Made by a program: the position numbers and the translations under genes. The notes beneath the pieces are model-generated. The model had not been told where the DNA came from, ran no database searches, and saw nothing but the letters and a program-made list of their open reading frames with translations. Shown here in pieces: positions 8,274 to 17,088 of a DNA stretch of 64,000 nucleotides. Position 1 is the first letter of the stretch. The number at the start of each line of letters is the position of its first letter. Source of the stretch: an uncultured Desulfatibacillum sp. (lineage in GTDB: Bacteria > Desulfobacterota > Desulfobacteria > Desulfobacterales > SpSt-501); assembly GCA_964427375.1 (NCBI GenBank), contig CAYRUF010000006.1, positions 38,892 through 102,891 of the forward strand, read 5' to 3'.

Positions 8274-9035
8274 ATGGTCTTCATGCCCGTCAAGCAGAAC
8301 CGCATCGCGGTCGAAATCGTCAGCCAGCTCAAGGCGGCGATCCTCTCCGGCCGGTTCAAGCCCGGCGAGCGCCTGCCCACCGAACGGGAACTGACCGAAC
8401 AGTTCCAGGTCAGCCGGGTGGTGGTCCGGGAAGCGGTCCGGGAGCTTGAAATCAAGGGGCTGGTCAAAATTCTGCAGGGCCCCACCGGCGGCGCCTATGT
8501 GACCGATCTGTCCCTGGACCACCTCAACAGCGCCTTCCTGGATCTTTTTCTCTACAATCGGGTGTCGGTGGCGGAGCTGATCGCCGCCCGCCGGTTGGTC
8601 GAGTGCGAAATCGCCCGAATCGCCGCGGCGCGCATCGAAGACCGGGGCGCCCGGCGGCTGCAGGAGGCCCTCGACGTCGAACAGCACGACAGCCCGTCGC
8701 ATGCCGAGTTCGTCTCCAACCGCTTGAAGTTTCATTATCTCCTGGCCGAACTGAGCGGCAACCGGCTGCTGCAGGCCATCGCCGGCGCGCTGTTTCGGCT
8801 GACGGGCGACGTGATCCTGGAGGTCAAGCCGGTCAGGCAAGTGATCCATCGGCCGAAGGAACATGCCGAGATCCTGGCCGCCATTCTGGATCACGACGGC
8901 CGGGCCGCCGCCCAAGCCATGCAGCGCCACCTGGAGAACATGGGCCGGCAGTTGACCCGGCTGGAGGGAATCTATCGCCGGCGAAGGGGGCTGGCAGACG
9001 ACTCCGGTCTATCCGGACGGGGAGGCGCTCAATGA
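8274..9035 (+). CDS. GntR-family transcriptional regulator with FCD (FadR C-terminal) domain
   Basis: N-terminal wHTH ERLPTERELTEQFQVSRVVVREAVRELEIKGLV followed by a helical FCD-like C-terminus. Divergent from tctC. Confidence 0.9.
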   Translation: MVFMPVKQNRIAVEIVSQLKAAILSGRFKPGERLPTERELTEQFQVSRVVVREAVRELEIKGLVKILQGPTGGAYVTDLSLDHLNSAFLDLFLYNRVSVAELIAARRLVECEIARIAAARIEDRGARRLQEALDVEQHDSPSHAEFVSNRLKFHYLLAELSGNRLLQAIAGALFRLTGDVILEVKPVRQVIHRPKEHAEILAAILDHDGRAAAQAMQRHLENMGRQLTRLEGIYRRRRGLADDSGLSGRGGAQ

Positions 9036-9523
9036 CCTCGATTGAATGCATCGGCTCGGCGCCGATCCGACGCGTCCTGCAATTCAGGATCAAGCCCGGA
9101 TCGGACCTGCTGCAGGCCATCGCGGAGGGGATTCAGGCGGAAGGGGTGCAGGCCGGGGTTTTTGTCTCCGGCCTGGGGGCCCTGCGAAAGGCGATTTTCC
9201 GCAACCTGAGGGTGTTTCCGGAAAAATTTCCGGTGCACCCGGAGGACCGCCTCTACCTGGAAATCACGGCGCCCATGGAGCTCGTGTCCTTGACGGGATG
9301 GATCGCCCCCCGCCTCGACGGGGGCACGGAGATCCATGCCCACTTCGCCGCCTCCACGGTCCAAGACGAGACCGTGGTCACGTTCGGAGGGCATCTCACG
9401 GAGGGCACCATCTGCGGCATCAAGGTGGTGGTCGCGATGCTGGTGGTCGAATCGGATCAGGCCCAGGCGGCTATGGAACCCTATTCCAAATCCCTGGATC
9501 TCTTTTTGGGTTCAACCCGCTGA
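9032..9523 (+). CDS. PPC/DUF296 domain protein
   Basis: ATG 9032 overlaps the GntR stop (ATGA). RRVLQFRIKPGSDLLQAIAEGIQAEGVQAGVFVSGLGAL...HAHFAAS fits the DUF296 pattern. Confidence 0.7.
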   Translation: MTSIECIGSAPIRRVLQFRIKPGSDLLQAIAEGIQAEGVQAGVFVSGLGALRKAIFRNLRVFPEKFPVHPEDRLYLEITAPMELVSLTGWIAPRLDGGTEIHAHFAASTVQDETVVTFGGHLTEGTICGIKVVVAMLVVESDQAQAAMEPYSKSLDLFLGSTR

Positions 9524-9547
9524 GCAGCAGCGGCGAAGGGCAATGGC

Positions 9548-10444
9548 ATGTTAAGGCAACGGTGGAAGATCTTCACATGGGCGGGGGCCATCCTGTGGTT
9601 TCTCACTTCACAGCCGTCGTCGGCCTGCACCCTGTGGGGAGCTTCCGGAACGGCGGTAGAGGGCGGGGGCACCCTGGTCGCCAAAAACCGCGACTGGAGC
9701 CCGGATCACCACCAGGAACTGGTCGTCCTGAAGCCAACGCAGGGATACCGGGCGCTTCTTCTGAAAGCGGTCGGCGGTGCCGAGCCCGGCGTCAAAGCCG
9801 GCGTGAACGAAAAAGGCCTCGTCATCGTCAGCGCCACGGCCAGCCAGGTTGACGGTCGGCAGCGGACAGCGAATCGACAGAAAAGAGATTTGATGAGCCA
9901 TTTTTTATCTGCCTGCGCCGACATCGATGAGCTTCTCGGTAAGATCGAGCTGCTGCGCCGCCCGGTGTTCTATTTAGTTGGCGACCGTAACCAGATCGCG
10001 CTGATCGAAGTTGCGCCTGACGGCCGCCGTTCGGTCCGCCGTCAAGCCGCCGGCACGCTGCACCACACGAACCATTATTGCGCCTTCGATCCGCCCCCCG
10101 ACCCCAAACGGAAAATCGGCACCAGCAGCACGCAGCGCTCTGCCCGCATCGGTGAACTGCTGAAAGACTCTCCGGCCCCGTTTACGATGGATGATTTTAT
10201 CCGTTTCAGCACGGACGAGGTCGCCGGGCCCGACAACAGCATTTGGCGAACCGGAAGCGGCCCTTCCCATAAGCGCACCCTGGCCACCTGGCTCGTATCG
10301 GTTCCGACCGGCGGCAGCCCGCAGCTTTATCTCAAGACCGCCGACCCCGGTGAACCCGAGCGGGTTTGCCGGATTTCCATCGAGGCCGCCCTCGGCGGGG
10401 ACGACCGTGACCGAATCCCGCTGGACAGCGAGCTCTGCCGATGA
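9548..10444 (+). CDS. Secreted Ntn-hydrolase, C45 peptidase / acyl-CoA:6-APA acyltransferase-like family
   Basis: The signal peptide ends SSA|CTLWG, placing Cys at the mature N-terminus. LVAKNRDW is typical of the C45/choloylglycine hydrolase superfamily. Confidence 0.7.
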   Translation: MLRQRWKIFTWAGAILWFLTSQPSSACTLWGASGTAVEGGGTLVAKNRDWSPDHHQELVVLKPTQGYRALLLKAVGGAEPGVKAGVNEKGLVIVSATASQVDGRQRTANRQKRDLMSHFLSACADIDELLGKIELLRRPVFYLVGDRNQIALIEVAPDGRRSVRRQAAGTLHHTNHYCAFDPPPDPKRKIGTSSTQRSARIGELLKDSPAPFTMDDFIRFSTDEVAGPDNSIWRTGSGPSHKRTLATWLVSVPTGGSPQLYLKTADPGEPERVCRISIEAALGGDDRDRIPLDSELCR

Positions 10445-11001
10445 TCGACGTCTGGGACGGTTCCATCACCTTTCGATCTGCGGATGCATCCGACCGCGCG
10501 GCCATTGCCGCCTTCCACGCCGCCAGCTGGCGCCGCGCCTATCGCGGCATATTGTCCGACTCGTTTCTGGATGGAGCGATCGACGCCGAGCGGCTGGAAC
10601 TGTGGACCAAACGCCTGTCGCCGTCCGGCAGCCACCGCCGCCTCGTCCTGCTGGCCGAAGAGCTTCGCGGTCTGGCCGGGTTCGTGTGCGTCCTGCTGGA
10701 CGAGGAGCCCGAATGGGGGGCCTGCCTGGACAATCTGCATGTGCGGCCCGACAGCCACAGACAGGGGCTGGGCCGGAGGCTCTTCGCCGAAGCCGCGCGC
10801 TGGCTGACGTCGGTCGAGCCGGGCTGGCCGCTCCACCTCTGGGTGTTCGAAACCAACCGGGCCGCCCGGGGATTTTACGATCGGTTCGGCGGTGAGGTGG
10901 TGACCCGCAGGATCAAGTGCATGCCCGGCGGAGGGGATATCGCCTCGCTGCGCTATTTCTGGCGCGATGTGGAAATGCTGATCAAGCGTCTGACGGGCTG
11001 A
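10441..11001 (+). CDS. GNAT-family N-acetyltransferase
   Basis: ATGA overlap with the upstream gene. NLHVRPDSHRQGLGRRLFAEAARWL is acetyl-CoA-binding motif A (Q/RxxGxG/A). Confidence 0.85.
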   Translation: MIDVWDGSITFRSADASDRAAIAAFHAASWRRAYRGILSDSFLDGAIDAERLELWTKRLSPSGSHRRLVLLAEELRGLAGFVCVLLDEEPEWGACLDNLHVRPDSHRQGLGRRLFAEAARWLTSVEPGWPLHLWVFETNRAARGFYDRFGGEVVTRRIKCMPGGGDIASLRYFWRDVEMLIKRLTG

Positions 11002-11147
11002 CCCGCCGCAGTCCGGTCGGGCGGGGCGTGGCGCGCCGGGCATAGAGTATGGACCGACCGATCAGGGACTGGCATCCGCGGATTTCATGCTTAACTTGGC
11101 GCTGCCGATCGCTACACACCCACACGCCGCTTGAAAAGAGGAACGTC

Positions 11148-11921
11148 ATGAACCGGTTGACCAGCATCATTATCCAGCGATGGTTTTCAACAGGCGCGAG
11201 CGTGGCGGCCGCGCTGGCCGTCCTGCTGCTCGCCGCAGCAGCCGTGGCCCAAAGCGGCCCGGCCGCAGGGCCGGCCGTTCCGGCCGTCACCGTCAGCGGA
11301 AACGCGGAGGTGGCGGCCGCGCCCGACCGCGCCACGCTGAGCCTCGGCGCCGTGGTCGAGAGCAAACAAGCCCAGGACGCCCAGAAGCAGATCGCCCAGA
11401 TCATGCAGCGGGTCATCAAGGACATCCGCGCCCAGGGCGTCCCGAATGAGAAGATCCGCACCGCCGGGCTCTCCTTGAATCCAGTCTACTCCCACCCCGC
11501 CCCCCGCCCCGGCCAGGAGCCCGAGGCCCCGCGCATCGTCGGGTACCGCGCCGCCAACACGGTGCGGGTGCAGGTCGACGATCTGGAGCGCGTCGGCGGA
11601 GTGATCGATGCCGGGATCGCGGCCGGCGCCAACCAGCTCAACGGACTGTCCTTCGACCTGCGCGACGATCTCAAGCATCGTGAGCAGGCCCTGCAGCTGG
11701 CCGCCCGCGAGGCCCGCAGCAAGGCCGAAGCCCTGGCCGCCGCGCTCAATCTGCAGCTGGGCGAGGTGCTTGAGATCCGCGAGGAAAGCGGCCCCGCATC
11801 CTATCCCGTGGAGCGGCGGCTGGCCGCACCGTCCGCCGCCGGCACGCCGATCCAGCCCGGCCAGGTCCAGGTCAGCGCTGCGGTCCAGGTGCGCTTCCGC
11901 CTGATCGGCCCGCAGAAGTAA
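11148..11921 (+). CDS. SIMPL/DUF541 periplasmic protein
   Basis: ATG 11148, signal peptide, then VTVSGNAEVAAAPDRATLSLGAV ... typical of the SIMPL (26-kDa periplasmic immunogenic protein) family. Confidence 0.8.
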   Translation: MNRLTSIIIQRWFSTGASVAAALAVLLLAAAAVAQSGPAAGPAVPAVTVSGNAEVAAAPDRATLSLGAVVESKQAQDAQKQIAQIMQRVIKDIRAQGVPNEKIRTAGLSLNPVYSHPAPRPGQEPEAPRIVGYRAANTVRVQVDDLERVGGVIDAGIAAGANQLNGLSFDLRDDLKHREQALQLAAREARSKAEALAAALNLQLGEVLEIREESGPASYPVERRLAAPSAAGTPIQPGQVQVSAAVQVRFRLIGPQK

Positions 11922-12075
11922 CGTGGCCGCCGGCCGTCGGACCCGCGGCCGCGAGGCCGCAGCGGGGGAGGCGTCAACGGACGCCTGCCCGCCGGGAATC
12001 CTCATCAACGAGGTCCATAAAAAATTGACCTTTGGGGCGATTCTCGCTAAGCATTCTTCTCCAGAGGACGATTAA

Positions 12076-13659
12076 ATGACGTTCACCTGGGACTTTCCCT
12101 ATCCTTCTCGAAGAATGCCGATCCTGGCGCGCAACGCGGTGGCCACCTCTCAGCCCCTGGCCGCGCAGGCCGGGCTGCGCATGCTGCTCGCCGGCGGCAA
12201 CGCCGTGGACGCGGCCCTGGCGGCCGCCATCGCGCTCACGGTGGTCGAGCCGACCAGCAACGGCATCGGCAGCGACGCCTTTGCCATCCTCTGGGACGGA
12301 AGCGCCCTGCACGGCCTGAACAGCTCCGGCCGGGCGCCGCAGGCCTGGTCGCCGCAGCGCTTCGCCGGCCTGTCCGCGATGCCGCCTTTGGGCTGGGACA
12401 CCGTTACGGTGCCCGGCGCCGTCGCCGCCTGGGCGGCTCTGTCCGAGCGCTTCGGCAAGCTTTCGTTCGCGGAGTTGTTCCAGCCGGCCATCGCCTATGC
12501 GCGCGACGGCTTCCCGGTATCGCCGATCACGGCCCGGCGCTGGCAGCAGGCCCAGGCGCTTTACCCGCAGTTTGCCGAGATCAACCGCACCTTTTTCCCG
12601 GCCGGCCGGGCCCCGCAGCCCGGAGAGCGGTTCCGCTGTCCGGACCAGGCCGATGCTCTGGCCGAGATCGCGGCCAGCCGCGGCGAATCATTCTACCGCG
12701 GGCCGCTCGCCCGCCGGATGGCGGCCTGCGCGGCGGCCGAGGGCGGCGCCCTGACGCTGGACGATCTGGCCCAGCACACCGCGGACTGGGTCGAACCGCT
12801 GGCCGTCGACTACCGCGGAGCCATGCTGCATGAAATCCCGCCGAACGGCCAGGGGATCGCGGCCCTCATCGCGCTGGGGATCTTGCGGCATTTCGACCTC
12901 GGGCGGTTTCCGGTCGATTCGGTGGACAGCATCCACCTGCAGATTGAAGCCATGAAAGCGGCCTTCACCGACGTGTTCCGCGAAGTGGCCGACCTCGATC
13001 ACATGCGGCGGCCGCCCGGCGACCTGCTGCGCGCCGACGCCCTGGCGGCCCGGGCCGCCGCGATCCGCATGGACGCCGCCGCCGAGCCACCCGGCCCATC
13101 GCCGTCCGGCGGCGGCACGGTCTTCCTGACCGCCGCCGACGAATCCGGCATGATGGTCTCTTTCATCCAATCCAACTACATGGGGTTCGGCTCCGGCGTA
13201 GTGGTGCCGGGCACCGGCATGGCCCTGCAGAACCGCGGCCTGGGGTTCGTCCTGGAGGACGGTCACCCCAACCGCGTGGCCGGCGGCAAGCGACCGTTCC
13301 ACACCATCATCCCGGGGTTCGTCACGCGGGGCGGCCGGCCGCTCATGAGCTTCGGCGTCATGGGCGCTCACATGCAGCCCCAGGGGCACGTGCAGATGAT
13401 GACCCGGATTTTCGACTACGGCCAGAACCCCCAGGCCGCCTGCGATGCGCCGCGCTGGCATGTGTCCGCCGACGGCAGTGTGCAGCTCGAGGCCGGTGTG
13501 GCACCGGCGGTGGCGGAGGGGCTTCGCCGGCGCGGGCATTCGGTGACCACCGACGCACCCGAATCGCTCTTCGGCGGCGGGCAGCTGATCTGGCGGCTCC
13601 CCGACGGCTACGCGGCGGCTTCGGACCGGCGCAAGGACGGACAGGCCGTCGGCTTTTGA
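12076..13659 (+). CDS. ggt: Gamma-glutamyltransferase family protein (no obvious signal peptide)
   Basis: RNAVATSQPLAAQAGLRMLLAGGNAVDAALAAAIALTVVEPTSNGIGSD. The probable autoprocessing site is GGGTVFLTAAD. Confidence 0.88.
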   Translation: MTFTWDFPYPSRRMPILARNAVATSQPLAAQAGLRMLLAGGNAVDAALAAAIALTVVEPTSNGIGSDAFAILWDGSALHGLNSSGRAPQAWSPQRFAGLSAMPPLGWDTVTVPGAVAAWAALSERFGKLSFAELFQPAIAYARDGFPVSPITARRWQQAQALYPQFAEINRTFFPAGRAPQPGERFRCPDQADALAEIAASRGESFYRGPLARRMAACAAAEGGALTLDDLAQHTADWVEPLAVDYRGAMLHEIPPNGQGIAALIALGILRHFDLGRFPVDSVDSIHLQIEAMKAAFTDVFREVADLDHMRRPPGDLLRADALAARAAAIRMDAAAEPPGPSPSGGGTVFLTAADESGMMVSFIQSNYMGFGSGVVVPGTGMALQNRGLGFVLEDGHPNRVAGGKRPFHTIIPGFVTRGGRPLMSFGVMGAHMQPQGHVQMMTRIFDYGQNPQAACDAPRWHVSADGSVQLEAGVAPAVAEGLRRRGHSVTTDAPESLFGGGQLIWRLPDGYAAASDRRKDGQAVGF

Positions 13660-13698
13660 GGAATCCTTGCTTGACCCGCAGACGAAAGGAAGGTGCAC

Positions 13699-13983
13699 AT
13701 GGCTACATTTTTCATGTTCGGCAGATACACCTGCGATTCCATCCAGAAGATCAGTGCGGAGCGGACCCAGGCGGCGGTCGATGCGATCCAGAAAATGGGC
13801 GGCGAGGTCAACGCCATGCACGTGCTGCTTGGCGAATACGACCTCATGATCTGCGTCAAGCTTCCGAGCATCGAGGATGCCGTCAAGGCCTCGGTGGCGC
13901 TGGCCAAGCTGACCGGAATCGCCTTCACGACCTGTCCGGCCATCGAGGTGGAGATCTTCGATCAGCTGGTCGGGAAAAAGTGA
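13699..13983 (+). CDS. GYD domain protein
   Basis: ATG 13699, 5 nt after AGGAAGG. MATFFMFGRYT...MHVLLGEYDLMICVKLPS contains the GEYD signature. Confidence 0.8.
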   Translation: MATFFMFGRYTCDSIQKISAERTQAAVDAIQKMGGEVNAMHVLLGEYDLMICVKLPSIEDAVKASVALAKLTGIAFTTCPAIEVEIFDQLVGKK

Positions 13984-14052
13984 CCGGTCGATTACCGCAG
14001 GGCTTGAGATTGCAGCCCGACCATGCCATTTAGGCGAGAGGGAGGACACGAA

Positions 14053-14496
14053 ATGAAGAGAGTACTGGTGGCATACGTGAGCCGGACGGGGAACACGGAG
14101 AAAATGGCGGAGTTCATTGCCGAGGGAATCCGCTTCTCGGGCCACACCGCCGACGTGAAGAAGGTCGCCGACATCCGGGATGAGAAGGGTTTGGGTGGCT
14201 ATGACGGCTATGTCTTCGGCTGTCCCACGTACCACAAGGACATCACCGCCGGCATGAAGACGTTTCTATTCATCGCCGAAAAGGCCAACCTGGTCGGCAA
14301 GATGGGCGGGGCGTTCGGCTCCTCCACGCACAGCGGCGAATCCGCGCAGATGATTTACGACACCATGCAGCACGTCTTTAAAATGGACATGGTGAACCTG
14401 GGCGCCCTCAATCTGAAGGAACCGATCATCCGCGCACCGGACGGCCAGCGCTCCTGCCAGGACTACGGCAAGGCCGTCGGCCAGATGTTCAGGTAA
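14053..14496 (+). CDS. Flavodoxin
   Basis: MKRVLVAYVSRTGNTEKMAEFIAEG is the FMN phosphate loop S/T-x-T-G-x-T. Confidence 0.85.
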   Translation: MKRVLVAYVSRTGNTEKMAEFIAEGIRFSGHTADVKKVADIRDEKGLGGYDGYVFGCPTYHKDITAGMKTFLFIAEKANLVGKMGGAFGSSTHSGESAQMIYDTMQHVFKMDMVNLGALNLKEPIIRAPDGQRSCQDYGKAVGQMFR

Positions 14497-14520
14497 ACGC
14501 AACGCAGGTCGTACACCACC

Positions 14521-14544
14521 GGGCGTCCCGCCGACGGGATGCCC
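14521..14544 (+). terminator. 10-bp GC hairpin between the flavodoxin and DUF2520 genes (no U tract)
   Basis: GGGCGTCCCG-CCGA-CGGGATGCCC, one G-U pair. Confidence 0.3.
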
Positions 14545-14568
14545 GATGGTGCTTGAGGAGGCAGTCCC

Positions 14569-15426
14569 ATGCTGAAATTGGGGTTCATCGGCGCCGGTCC
14601 GGTCGGCACCACCTTCGGCGTCCGGTTGTCCGAGCAGGGCTATGCGGTGGTTGCCGTGGCGGACATCCGCCCGGCGGCCGCGGAGCGGTTCGCGCAGCTC
14701 GTTGCCGGATGCCGGGTATTCAAGACCGCCCAGGAGCTGGCGGATGCGGTCGATTTGGTCTTCATCACCACCGCCGATGACTTCATCCCCCGCGTGAGCG
14801 CGGAGCTGAAATGGCGTCCGAATCAGATGGCGGTGCACTGCAGCGGTGCGAGCACGGTGCAGTCGCTCGAGGCCGCCCGGCAACAGGGCGCCCGAGTGGG
14901 CTCGATCCACCCGTGCCAGACCTTCGCCGGGATCGAGCAGGCCATCGCCAATCTGCCCGGCTCCACCTTCGCCATCGAAGCCGAGGAGCCGCTCAAAACC
15001 ACCCTGACCGAAATGGCGCGGGCCCTCAAGGGCGACATCGTCTATCTGACCTCCGAAGACAAGGTCCTCTACCATGCCGCCGCCGCCATCGCCTGCAACT
15101 ATTTCACCACCATCGTCAAGCTGGCGACCGACCTCTGGCGCAACTTCGGCAAGACGCCCGCGGACGCCATCAAGGCTTACATGCCCCTGCTGCGCGGAAC
15201 CCTGGCCAACATCGAAACGGTCGGCTTCCCCAAGTGCCTCACCGGGCCGATCGCCCGCGGCGATGTCGCCACGATCCGCCGGCATCTGGCCGCGCTCGAA
15301 AAATCCGCACCCGATCTGCTGCCGCTTTACAAAGAGCTCGGGAGGTTCACGATTCCCATCGGCCGGGACAAGGGCTCCCTGACGGCCGACCGGGCCGAGG
15401 AACTGCAGACCCTGCTGAAACCTTAA
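14569..15426 (+). CDS. Rossmann-fold NAD(P) oxidoreductase with C-terminal DUF2520 domain
   Basis: GAGGAGG RBS. LGFIGAGPVG dinucleotide loop. C-terminal LTGPIARGD motif typical of DUF2520. Confidence 0.8.
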   Translation: MLKLGFIGAGPVGTTFGVRLSEQGYAVVAVADIRPAAAERFAQLVAGCRVFKTAQELADAVDLVFITTADDFIPRVSAELKWRPNQMAVHCSGASTVQSLEAARQQGARVGSIHPCQTFAGIEQAIANLPGSTFAIEAEEPLKTTLTEMARALKGDIVYLTSEDKVLYHAAAAIACNYFTTIVKLATDLWRNFGKTPADAIKAYMPLLRGTLANIETVGFPKCLTGPIARGDVATIRRHLAALEKSAPDLLPLYKELGRFTIPIGRDKGSLTADRAEELQTLLKP

Positions 15427-15441
15427 ACGCTCCAGGCCCCC

Positions 15442-16197
15442 ATGTCGACTGATTTCAAGACCCGTTTGACCCGCGGCGACGCGTTCATCGGCGCCTTTAT
15501 CTGCCTGCCCTGCCCCGAATCGGCCGAGCTGTTTGCGGAATTGGGCTACGACTGGCTCATCATCGACACCGAGCACGGGCCCTATGACGTCTTGACGGCT
15601 CAGCGGATGCTCCAGGCGGTCGGCCGGCGCTGCCCCTGCGTCGTGCGCGTGCCGTCCAACGAGGAGGTCTGGATCAAGAAGGCCCTCGACACCGGAGCGG
15701 CCGGCGTGCTGGTCCCGCTGGTCAACACGGCCGAGATCGCCGCCCGCGTCCAGCGCGCCTGCCGCTATGCGCCGGAGGGAACCCGCGGCATGGGCCTGGC
15801 GCGCGCCCAGCGCTACGGGGTCGGATTTCAGGATTATGTGGCCGGCGCCAACCGCGAGATCGCAGCCATCGTCCAGGCCGAACATATCGAGGCGGTCAAT
15901 CACATCGACGCCATCGCCGCCGTGCCCGGAATCGATGCCATCTTCGTGGGGCCTTATGATCTCTCAGCCAGCATGGGCAAGCCCGGCCAAATCCAGGATC
16001 CCGAGGTCCAGGCCGCCATCCGCCGGGTGCGCGACGCCACGCTCAAGGCCGGGTTGAAACTCGGCATCTACTGCTCGGATCCCGAATCGGCCCGGGACTG
16101 CCTGCGGCAGGGGTACACGCTGATCGGGATGGGCACCGACCTGAGCTATCTGGCCCAGTCCGCGCTGGCGGCGCGGACATCGGCCCTGCGGGAGTGA
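15442..16197 (+). CDS. HpcH/HpaI-family class II aldolase
   Basis: GYDWLIIDTEHGP and VRVPSNE... match the HpcH/HpaI (2,4-dihydroxyhept-2-enedioate aldolase) family. Confidence 0.85.
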   Translation: MSTDFKTRLTRGDAFIGAFICLPCPESAELFAELGYDWLIIDTEHGPYDVLTAQRMLQAVGRRCPCVVRVPSNEEVWIKKALDTGAAGVLVPLVNTAEIAARVQRACRYAPEGTRGMGLARAQRYGVGFQDYVAGANREIAAIVQAEHIEAVNHIDAIAAVPGIDAIFVGPYDLSASMGKPGQIQDPEVQAAIRRVRDATLKAGLKLGIYCSDPESARDCLRQGYTLIGMGTDLSYLAQSALAARTSALRE

Positions 16198-16201
16198 CCC
16201 C

Positions 16202-16447
16202 ATGCCCGTCGACCCCCAGCGAACGCCCCCAGCCGACCCGATCCTGGCCAAGATGAAGCGCGGCGTCTATTATCCCGGGCATCACCTGGGGGCCCGCGAG
16301 GAGCTCGACCGGCTGGTGGCCCAGGGAATTTTGGAACGCATGGACGCCTCCTTTCTCTGCGGGCCCGACAGCGAACCGACGTATGGTTTGGCCGAGCCGA
16401 AGCGTTCCAAGGCCCGCCCGGCGCCGACCGATGCGACTCAACGATAG
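16202..16447 (+). CDS. Hypothetical small protein (81 aa)
   Basis: ATG 4 nt after the aldolase stop. Overlaps the next gene by 17 nt. No family recognised. Confidence 0.35.
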   Translation: MPVDPQRTPPADPILAKMKRGVYYPGHHLGAREELDRLVAQGILERMDASFLCGPDSEPTYGLAEPKRSKARPAPTDATQR

Positions 16448-17069
16448 ACCGACCGAACGCACCACGGCCGCGACCGATGTCCTGCTCAGCCTGGCGGCGG
16501 CCGCGGGAATCGTTCGGCTGCAGTCGGTCGCGCCCGCCGTTGCCTGGAAACTTCATCTATGGTCCTGGCTCTTTGCGCTCATCGCGCTGTCCTCAGCCCT
16601 CGGTGCGGTCTATCACGGTCTGGTTCTTGCCGAGCGGACGCGCACCTGGCTGTGGCGGATCCTGACGGTCTGCTTGAGCATGGCCATATCGCTGCTCGGG
16701 GTCGGGGTGGTTTTAGATGCGTTCGGCGCATCGGCGGCCGGCCGCGTGCTGCCGGTCCTGCTCCTATCCGGGTTGCTGATCTACGCCGTAAGCCGCGCCT
16801 TCGCGGGGCTTTTTATCGTATTCATCGCTTATCAGGCTCTGGTGCTGATCCTGGCGCTGGGGGTCTATGCCGGGCTGGCCGTACAAGCCGTCCTCGCGGG
16901 CGCCGGCTGGATGGCGGCCGGGGCGGCGGTCAGCCTGGCCGCCGCAGCCGCCCAGGCTGCGCGCAGCCTGCGGGTCCGATTGATCTGGGAGTTCGACCAC
17001 AATGGAATCTTTCACCTGCTCCAGGTCGGTGGGGTGATCCTTTTTGGCATGGGGGCTTCCCAGGGATGA
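16431..17069 (+). CDS. Integral membrane protein of unknown function (about 6 TM)
   Basis: ATG 16431 within track ORF 16383-17069. Strongly hydrophobic repeated helices. Confidence 0.6.
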   Translation: MRLNDRPTERTTAATDVLLSLAAAAGIVRLQSVAPAVAWKLHLWSWLFALIALSSALGAVYHGLVLAERTRTWLWRILTVCLSMAISLLGVGVVLDAFGASAAGRVLPVLLLSGLLIYAVSRAFAGLFIVFIAYQALVLILALGVYAGLAVQAVLAGAGWMAAGAAVSLAAAAAQAARSLRVRLIWEFDHNGIFHLLQVGGVILFGMGASQG

Positions 17070-17088
17070 AACGAGGCTGTGCCGCGAT

